Positions 57,062 to 64,000 of a stretch of 64,000 bases of DNA are shown here, piece after piece. Position 1 is the first letter of the stretch. Each line of letters starts with the position of its first letter. Source of the stretch: Bacteroidota bacterium (GTDB lineage: Bacteria > Bacteroidota > Bacteroidia > 2-12-FULL-35-15); NCBI GenBank assembly GCA_023251835.1, contig JAHEXZ010000020.1, forward strand, positions 3,694 through 67,693, read 5' to 3'. Made by a program: the position numbers and the translations under genes. The notes below the pieces were generated by a model. The model did not search any database. It worked only from the letters and a program-made list of their open reading frames with translations, and was not told the DNA's origin.

Positions 57062-57230
57062 AAATAAATTCTTTTTTTTCAACAAAATTAGTGTTAAGTT
57101 AAGTATATTATGACGCAAAACCTGACAGGTCTGATAAGCTATACGATCATAGACCTGTCATGTTTATAATTAACACAGCATTAGTTTGAAATAGTTAATA
57201 TCAATAGTTCGATAGTTTTTTAATAATTTT

Positions 57231-57319
57231 GGCTAAAGCCCCATTATCATTGATGTTTTAGTAGCCCCGACCTTAAGGTCGGGGCAAATGTAAAACCGCG
57301 ATTATCATAGGCTTCAGCC
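57231..57319. repeat. About 89-bp imperfect palindromic element centred on the perfect hairpin gccccgacc-ttaa-ggtcggggc
   Basis: Central 22-nt palindrome at 57264-57285. The outer arms ggctaaagcc (57231-57240) and ggcttcagcc (57310-57319) pair with one mismatch. GC-rich islands in AT-rich intergenic DNA. Confidence 0.55.
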
Positions 57320-57425
57320 CAACCGAGCAAAATATTACCGAAGTATTATAATATAAAAGTTGTGGCGTAATTAAATAACCAAATCAATTTGTTAAATTTA
57401 CACTTGCCAAAATTATTGGAATATA

Positions 57426-59489
57426 ATGGCCAGATTATTTTTGCTTTTCTTCATATTATTTTATTCGGTTTGCTTTTCACAGATAAATCCTGATAACGTT
57501 GTTATTGCCCGTGACACCTTTGGCGTGCCACACATATTTGCCCCCACTGATGCTGAAGTTGCTTATGGTTTGGCTTGGGCTCATTGCGAAGACGATTTTG
57601 AACATATACAACTGATGTTAATTGCAACAAGAGCTCGTTTGGGAGAAATAAATGGCAAGGAGGGTGCTGCTACCGATTATTTTGTACAGTTTACAAAAAT
57701 TCGTGGCATGGTTGAAAGATATTATGAAAGAGATATTACACCAGATTACAAAAAAATACTACAAGCCTATGCAGACGGACTAAATGCTTATGCAACCATT
57801 CATGCCGAAGAAATAAAACTCAAAAACATCTTTCCTGTTACAACCAAAGATATACTTGCCGGATATCAGTTGATACTTACCAGTATGGTGGGTGTTCCAA
57901 GAGCTTTAGAATATATTATCAATGGAAAACCGGATGATTACATATTTAATGCAAGTGCCGGTTCTAACGAAATAGCAATAAGTCCCAATATGACTGAAGA
58001 TAGCTCTACCTTTCTGTTAATTAACCCTCACGTACCTATAGAAGGACAAGCTTCATGGTATGAAGCCCATTTATGCAGCGGACAGGGATGGAACATGTAT
58101 GGTGCTTTGGTGCCGGGTATGATATCTCCTGCAATGGGTTGTAATGAACACCTTGGCTGGGCTGTCACCTTTAACTGGCCTGATTATGTTGATATATACG
58201 AAATGGAGATTAACCCTAAAAACAAAAATCAATATAAGTTTGACGGGGATTGGTACGACTTTGAAGTACGCAATATTCCTTTAAAGGTAAAAACTAAATT
58301 AGGTAAAATTATCTTAAAAAAAGAGGCTTTATGGTGTATCTACGGGCCTGCATATCGTACTCAAAAAGGTGTATATGCATTACGATACAATACCATGTTT
58401 AATATTAAAGCGGCAGAACAATGGTTTAATCTTGGTAAAGCAAAGAATTTTGTAAACTTTAATACCTCTATGCAAATGCAGGGTATTCCTTTATTTAATT
58501 TTATGTATGCAGACGAAACAGGTTGTATCAATTACTTATTTAATGCTTACCTTCCTCGAAGAAACCCTGATTATAACTGGCAAAAGGTAGTGCCGGGCAA
58601 TACTTCAAAAACGTACTGGGATAAATTTTATACTATTACTGAACTTCCGCAGAAACATCGCCCTGTCTGCGGATATCTATACAATACAAATAATACCCCT
58701 TTCCGGTGTACCGCACCCAATGAAAACCTGAACGAAACAAATTACAACAAACAGTCGGCTTATAACTGGAATCGGATCAATAACCGGGATCTACGATTTA
58801 ACGAGCTGATAGCAGGTAAAACAAAACTGTCCTTTGAAGAACTAAAAAAAATTAAATATGATTGCAGCTATCCTAAGGAAGGAGGGATTTATAAAACAGT
58901 TAAACCTATTTATGCTCTTGAAGAAAAAGACTACCCTGATATTGCAGATGCTATTGCAAAACTGAAAAAATGGAATTTATCGGGCGCTGTTGATAACAGA
59001 GATGCTGCATTAGCTATATTAACATTTAACTATCTGTTCAGCAAAAAACAAGCAGCTTATAATGAGCTGGAGACAGGAATTGAGTATGAAACACCGCTTC
59101 TTATTGAAGCTATCCGACATGCAAAAAAACAACTGATTAAATATCATAAAAGTATTGATATCCCTTTTGGTGAAGTACAGCTTCTAATTCGTAAAGATAA
59201 AAAATGTTCTATTCCTGGTTTACCCGAATGCCTGATGGCTATGGTAAGTGATGAAACCAAAGATGGCCATTTGCAAGCTAAGAACGGAGATTCATTTATT
59301 ATGTTCGCTAAATTTTCAGCAAAAGGAAACAATTACGAGTCTGTTGTTCCATTTGGTGCTTCACGCAGAATCAGCAGCCCTCACCTGATGGACCAGATGG
59401 AGCTATATAGCAAACAACAAACAAAACCTGTTATACTTAATAAATCAAAAGTGCTGGAAACTGCAACAAGGGTTTACCATCCGAAGTAA
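57426..59489 (+). CDS. Penicillin/AHL acylase family Ntn-hydrolase
   Basis: 687 aa with a signal peptide. [25 protein letters not shown], and the candidate autoprocessing site AGSNEIAIS (Ser nucleophile). Confidence 0.85.
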   Translation: MARLFLLFFILFYSVCFSQINPDNVVIARDTFGVPHIFAPTDAEVAYGLAWAHCEDDFEHIQLMLIATRARLGEINGKEGAATDYFVQFTKIRGMVERYYERDITPDYKKILQAYADGLNAYATIHAEEIKLKNIFPVTTKDILAGYQLILTSMVGVPRALEYIINGKPDDYIFNASAGSNEIAISPNMTEDSSTFLLINPHVPIEGQASWYEAHLCSGQGWNMYGALVPGMISPAMGCNEHLGWAVTFNWPDYVDIYEMEINPKNKNQYKFDGDWYDFEVRNIPLKVKTKLGKIILKKEALWCIYGPAYRTQKGVYALRYNTMFNIKAAEQWFNLGKAKNFVNFNTSMQMQGIPLFNFMYADETGCINYLFNAYLPRRNPDYNWQKVVPGNTSKTYWDKFYTITELPQKHRPVCGYLYNTNNTPFRCTAPNENLNETNYNKQSAYNWNRINNRDLRFNELIAGKTKLSFEELKKIKYDCSYPKEGGIYKTVKPIYALEEKDYPDIADAIAKLKKWNLSGAVDNRDAALAILTFNYLFSKKQAAYNELETGIEYETPLLIEAIRHAKKQLIKYHKSIDIPFGEVQLLIRKDKKCSIPGLPECLMAMVSDETKDGHLQAKNGDSFIMFAKFSAKGNNYESVVPFGASRRISSPHLMDQMELYSKQQTKPVILNKSKVLETATRVYHPK

Positions 59490-59502
59490 TTATAAAATCT
59501 GT

Positions 59503-60528
59503 ATGGCATTAAAAAACGATTTGATTTTAAGGGCAGCCCGTGGCGAAAAAGTAGAACGCACCCCTGTTTGGCTGATGCGCCAGGCAGGACGCATATTGCC
59601 TGAATACAGGGAGGTTCGTGCTAAAATGGGAGATTTCAAAGAACTGGTTGAAACCCCTGAATTTGCCTGTGAAGTAACAATACAACCTGTAGATATTTTA
59701 GGTGTTGATGCTGCCATTATTTTTTCAGATATCCTTGTTATTCCTGAAGCTATGGGCCTGCCCTACGAAATGATAGAAGCAAAAGGACCAAGATTTGAAA
59801 AAACTATTAAAACTGCTGCTGATGTCAATCTACTCAAAATAGCTACACCTGATGATTTACACTATGTAATAGATGCTATAAAGCTCACAAAAAGGGAGCT
59901 AAAAGACCGGGTGCCACTTATAGGCTTTGCAGGAGCACCCTGGACTATATTTGCATATATGGTTGAAGGCTGCGGCAGCAAAACATTTTCCAAAGCAAAG
60001 AAATTCTTATATACTCAACCACTTGTTGCGCATCAGCTATTACAGAAAATTACTGATAGTACAATTAATTACCTGCGAGGTCAAATAGCTGCCGGGGCTG
60101 ATATGATTCAATTATTTGACAGCTGGGCCGGAATATTGTCTCCGGAATACTATAATGAATTTGCACTAAAGTATATCTCTCAAATATGTAATGCTGTTAC
60201 CGCAGTTCCCCTGACTGTTTTTGCAAAAGATGCCCACTTTGCACGCAGGAAAATGGGCAAATTAAATTGTAATACAATTGGCCTCGACTGGACAATGGAC
60301 ATCGCTGAATCCCGTGAAATGATTGGACATACTAAAACATTACAGGGCAATATGGATCCCTGTCTGTTATATGCCGATTTTTCTACTATAAAAAACGAAA
60401 CCATTAAAATGCTGAAAGCCTTTGGTCCTGATAAACATATTGCTAACCTTGGCCATGGCTTATATCCGGATATAGAAAAAGATAAGGTAAAATGTTTTGT
60501 AGATACAATCAAAGAATTTCGATTTTAA
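59503..60528 (+). CDS. hemE: Uroporphyrinogen decarboxylase
   Basis: 341 aa. [31 protein letters not shown] and GFAGAPWT. Confidence 0.95.
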   Translation: MALKNDLILRAARGEKVERTPVWLMRQAGRILPEYREVRAKMGDFKELVETPEFACEVTIQPVDILGVDAAIIFSDILVIPEAMGLPYEMIEAKGPRFEKTIKTAADVNLLKIATPDDLHYVIDAIKLTKRELKDRVPLIGFAGAPWTIFAYMVEGCGSKTFSKAKKFLYTQPLVAHQLLQKITDSTINYLRGQIAAGADMIQLFDSWAGILSPEYYNEFALKYISQICNAVTAVPLTVFAKDAHFARRKMGKLNCNTIGLDWTMDIAESREMIGHTKTLQGNMDPCLLYADFSTIKNETIKMLKAFGPDKHIANLGHGLYPDIEKDKVKCFVDTIKEFRF

Positions 60529-60639
60529 CAATAAGTTGTTTAATAACTTTTTACCCCCCAAGAGCAGGCAACTGTTATAAAAATATTATCTTGGCAGGAA
60601 AAAGGTTCCACCAATAACTTATAACCAATTAGCCGGCAA

Positions 60640-61932
60640 ATGAGCAATTTGATAAAAGGAGATAAAAAATTAATAAATGCCTGGGCATTTTATGATTTTG
60701 CCAACTCATCCTATCCATTGGTGATAACCTCGGCTATATTTCCTATTTTCTATGTAAATGTAACTGCAACAAAAGATGCACTGGGAAACTTCGTTAGCGA
60801 TACGGTATGTTTATTCGGATGCGATTTTAAGAACACTGAATTGTACGATTATGTAGTAGCTTTATCATTTATTATTGTTTCTCTCTCATCCCCTGTTCTT
60901 TCAGGTATTGCCGATTATACTGGAAGCAAAAAACGTTTTATGCAGTTCTTTTGCTATTTGGGTTCATTCTCCTGCGCTTCATTATATTTTTTCAGCAAAG
61001 AACAACTGCTGTTCGGATTACTTTCTGTATTATTTGCAAGCGTTGGTTATTGGGGAAGCACTGTTTTTTATAATGCATATCTGCCTGAAATAGCTGAACC
61101 GGAAGACCATGACAAAGTAAGTGCAAAAGGTTTTTCAATGGGTTATTTTGGTGGTGCTATTTTACTTATCTTAAATCTTGTACTTATAAAAGTATTTAAT
61201 ATGCCTGCTAAATATTCGTTCATCTCAGTTGCTCTCTGGTGGGTAGGTTTTGCTCAAATTGCTTTTTTCAGGCTTCCCAAAGGTGACAAATTACATTTAT
61301 CCGAAGGAAGCATTATTTTTAAAGGTTTTAGAGAACTTATAAAAGTATGGAATGAACTAAAACATATTAAACGGCTAAAAAGATATCTTTTTGCCTTTTT
61401 TACTTATAGTATGGGAGTACAAACAGTAATGCTTGTAGCCGTAATGTTTGCTAAAAAAGAAATTGAAGGCATGGAAGATAGTAACTTAATTATTAGTGTT
61501 TTACTCATACAGTTTGTTGGTATGGGAGGTTCCTTTTTATTTTCAAGGCTTTCAAAAAAAATCGGGAATATAAAAGCACTGGGTGTTTCCTTATTTATAT
61601 GGATTGCAATCTGTTTTGGTACTTATGCTTTTGTATTTACTCCCGAATCCTTTTATATTGCTGCATCTCTTGTGGGACTGGTAATGGGTGGCGTACAGTC
61701 CCTTTCACGTTCTACATACTCAAAACTACTGCCCGAAACAGAAGACCATGCTTCTTATTTTAGCTTTTATGATGTATGTGAAAAAATTGGTATTGTTATA
61801 GGCATGTTCTCATTTGGCCTTATCGAAGGATTTACCGGAGGAATGCGTAACTCTATATTAGCTCTGATGTTTTTCTTCGTAACCGGATTTTTAATTTTAT
61901 TGACAATACCTAAAAGTAAAAATGTTAGTTAG
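60640..61932 (+). CDS. MFS transporter (UMF1/Atg22-like)
   Basis: 430 aa with 12 predicted TM helices. N-terminus WAFYDFANSSYPLVITSAIFPIFY is typical of the UMF1 family. Confidence 0.75.
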   Translation: MSNLIKGDKKLINAWAFYDFANSSYPLVITSAIFPIFYVNVTATKDALGNFVSDTVCLFGCDFKNTELYDYVVALSFIIVSLSSPVLSGIADYTGSKKRFMQFFCYLGSFSCASLYFFSKEQLLFGLLSVLFASVGYWGSTVFYNAYLPEIAEPEDHDKVSAKGFSMGYFGGAILLILNLVLIKVFNMPAKYSFISVALWWVGFAQIAFFRLPKGDKLHLSEGSIIFKGFRELIKVWNELKHIKRLKRYLFAFFTYSMGVQTVMLVAVMFAKKEIEGMEDSNLIISVLLIQFVGMGGSFLFSRLSKKIGNIKALGVSLFIWIAICFGTYAFVFTPESFYIAASLVGLVMGGVQSLSRSTYSKLLPETEDHASYFSFYDVCEKIGIVIGMFSFGLIEGFTGGMRNSILALMFFFVTGFLILLTIPKSKNVS

Positions 61933-61968
61933 TTAGTAGTTGGAGTTCGGAGCTTTGTAATTTATGTC

Positions 61969-61989
61969 ACCCTGAGCGAAGTCGAAGGG
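61969..61989. repeat. 21-nt core of the MITE family (accctgagcgaagtcgaaggg), isolated copy
   Basis: Exact match to the core of both 177-bp copies (15351-15371 in copy A). Lies in the intergenic region between the MFS gene and lutA-like gene. Confidence 0.6.
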
Positions 61990-62004
61990 CGTAATTCATA
62001 CTGT

Positions 62005-62727
62005 ATGATTGTAGATATTTTTATTCCTTGTTTTATTGACCAGATTTATCCTGACACAGGATTAAATATGGTAAAGATTTTAGAAAAAGTGGGTTGTGGT
62101 GTAAATTACAATCCCGAACAAACCTGTTGCGGACAACCTGCCTTTAATATGGGCTACTGGAATGATTGTAAAGAAGTAGGTGAAAAATTTATCCGCGAAT
62201 TCCAGAACGACCGCTATATTGTATGCCCATCCGCTTCCTGTGTTGGGATGATAAAAAATTATTATCCTGATATGTTTCACAACAGTGTTTTGCACAATGA
62301 ATACAAACAGGTGCAGAAAAATATTTATGAATTTTCAGACTTTATGGTAAATGTTCTGAAAATTACCGACCTGGGTGCTACACTAAACGGTATTGCCACC
62401 TACCATGATTCCTGTGCTGCCTTGCGTGAATACGGTATAAAACGTGAACCAAGAATATTGCTTCAAAAAGTACGCGACCTGGAACTGCGCGAAATGAAAG
62501 ATACAGAAGTTTGCTGTGGATTTGGCGGAAGTTTCTCCGTTAAATTTGAACCGATTTCTGTTGGTATGGGAGAACAAAAATTAGATAATGCATTAGAAAC
62601 AGGTGCTGAATACCTTATATCAACAGACTCTTCATGCCTTATGCACATTGAAGCATATGCAAAAAATAAGAATAAAAAGATGAAGATGATGCACTTATGC
62701 GATGTTCTTGCTTCGGGGTGGGATTAA
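62005..62727 (+). CDS. (Fe-S)-binding CCG-domain protein, LutA-like
   Basis: 240 aa with two cysteine-rich CCG motifs (QTCCGQP...PSASC; TEVCCGFGG...DSSCLMH). Confidence 0.8.
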   Translation: MIVDIFIPCFIDQIYPDTGLNMVKILEKVGCGVNYNPEQTCCGQPAFNMGYWNDCKEVGEKFIREFQNDRYIVCPSASCVGMIKNYYPDMFHNSVLHNEYKQVQKNIYEFSDFMVNVLKITDLGATLNGIATYHDSCAALREYGIKREPRILLQKVRDLELREMKDTEVCCGFGGSFSVKFEPISVGMGEQKLDNALETGAEYLISTDSSCLMHIEAYAKNKNKKMKMMHLCDVLASGWD

Positions 62728-62778
62728 TTTCTTGATTCACAAATAACTCAATAACCGATAATTAACAACTATTTTATT

Positions 62779-64000
62779 TCATTTCAACACCTGATAAACC
62801 ATGAAGCTTGCCAGATAGGCTAAGCAGCTCATGTAAACAAATTGGATGAGTGGCCATTTCCAGTGTTTTGTTTCACGGAATACAACAGCAAGCGTACTCA
62901 TACATTGCATGGCAAATGCATAGAAGATCATCAGTGAAAAGCCTACGGCTATTGTAAATTGGGGTAATCCTGTTGAGGGGTTTATTTCTGCAAGCATTTT
63001 TTCACGAAGCGGTTGTGTATTTTCCTCATTGCCAGTGCTGCTGTACATAGTAGCCATAGTACCCACAAATACTTCGCGTGCAGCAAATGAAGTAACCAAT
63101 GCTATCCCTATTTTCCAGTCGAAACCAAGTGGAGCAATAGCCGGCTCTATTGTTTTTCCAAGCATTCCGGCATAAGATGCCTCTAATTGTTCAGATGAAA
63201 TTTTTGACTGACGCTCTTCTGCTGTATAGTTGTTTATAATCTGAGGGTTTTCATATTTTTTTTCAATTGCCTCAAACCGGCTGCCAGGGCCATGCGATGA
63301 TAAAAACCAAAGTATTACAGAAATTGCCAGAATAATTTTACCGGCATCCAGCAAAAAAGATTTTACTTTATCAAAAATAGTCAAACCAACTGTTCTCCAT
63401 TGCGGAGAACGATACACCGGCAGTTCCATAATAAAATAGCTTCTTTCGCGCGACTTCAAAACCTTTTGCATTATAAAAGCTGCAACCATGGCTGCAATAA
63501 AACCCACTAAATAAAGGCTCATCAGTACAAGTCCCTGATAATTAAAAAATACAAATGTCTTATTATCCGGTACAACCAATGAAATCAATAGTGTATATAC
63601 AGGTAAACGAGCTGAACAACTCATTAATGGGGTAACCATAATAGTAATAACCCGCTCCTTCCAACTGCTCATAGTACGGGCACTCATGATGGCAGGAATA
63701 GCACAGGCTATGCCGCTTACTAATGGTATTACAGAACGTCCGTTCAGTCCGAACTTACGCATCAGCTTATCCATAATAAAACTTACGCGCGCCATATAAC
63801 CCGTATCTTCTAATATGGCAATGAATGTAAATAATAAAGCTATCTGTGGCACAAACACAACTATTCCGCTCAATCCGGCAAGTATTCCATTAATTAATAA
63901 GCTGCTGAGTTCACCAGGAGGTAATGCTTTCATTGCCCAGTCGGAAAAGAAAATAAAAGAACTTTCTATCCATTCCATCGGATAAGCAGCAAGAAAAAAT
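62779..64000 (-). CDS. feoB: Ferrous iron transporter FeoB, C-terminal membrane domain (5' end outside window)
   Basis: LLINGILAGLSGIVVFVPQIALLFTFIAILEDTGYMARVSFIMDKLMRKFGLNGRSVIPL...CSARLPVY are diagnostic FeoB gate motifs. The frame stays open to the window edge upstream of the first Met. Confidence 0.9.
   Translation of the reverse strand, partial: FFLAAYPMEWIESSFIFFSDWAMKALPPGELSSLLINGILAGLSGIVVFVPQIALLFTFIAILEDTGYMARVSFIMDKLMRKFGLNGRSVIPLVSGIACAIPAIMSARTMSSWKERVITIMVTPLMSCSARLPVYTLLISLVVPDNKTFVFFNYQGLVLMSLYLVGFIAAMVAAFIMQKVLKSRERSYFIMELPVYRSPQWRTVGLTIFDKVKSFLLDAGKIILAISVILWFLSSHGPGSRFEAIEKKYENPQIINNYTAEERQSKISSEQLEASYAGMLGKTIEPAIAPLGFDWKIGIALVTSFAAREVFVGTMATMYSSTGNEENTQPLREKMLAEINPSTGLPQFTIAVGFSLMIFYAFAMQCMSTLAVVFRETKHWKWPLIQFVYMSCLAYLASFMVYQVLK

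Overview
AT-rich chromosomal segment that looks like Bacteroidota (Sphingobacteriia/Chitinophagia-like). Support for this: a T9SS C-terminal sorting domain, futalosine-type radical SAM enzyme, TAnnTT(T/C)G-like upstream boxes, and many TPR and lipoprotein genes. Most of the window is densely packed housekeeping genes: dut, pfkA, rlmN, a polyprenyl synthase, pheS, dxr, rseP, aconitase, hemE and feoB. I saw no rRNA, tRNA or CRISPR array by eye. Five things stand out. (1) 37.9-46.3 kb holds a SiaB/SiaC-type phospho-partner-switch module: a tandem-duplicated GHKL kinase plus a DUF1987 protein, convergent with three tandem signal peptide-TPR-TM-PP2C phosphatase paralogs. No diguanylate cyclase or other output enzyme is visible. 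A fourth PP2C sensor with a beta-propeller/Y_Y_Y input lies at 7.3-10.9 kb. One TPR-PP2C paralog carries an in-frame GC-rich insertion made of two copies of a 27-nt unit with a perfect 16-nt palindrome. (2) 49.2-50.6 kb holds a three-gene operon that reads like a toxin / XRE-HTH antitoxin / SecB-like chaperone (TAC-type) module. It sits in a 2.2-kb islet bounded by a 17-bp direct repeat that includes the aconitase start codon. (3) A 177-bp MITE-like element with 23-bp terminal inverted repeats is present in two about 97% identical copies, plus degenerate fragments elsewhere. (4) A secreted protein joins 26 collagen-like G-X-Y triplets to a C-terminal cupredoxin-like domain. (5) ATTCGT/ACGAAT heptamer arrays recur upstream of several genes. 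All functional calls come from motif recognition by eye, and no database search was run.
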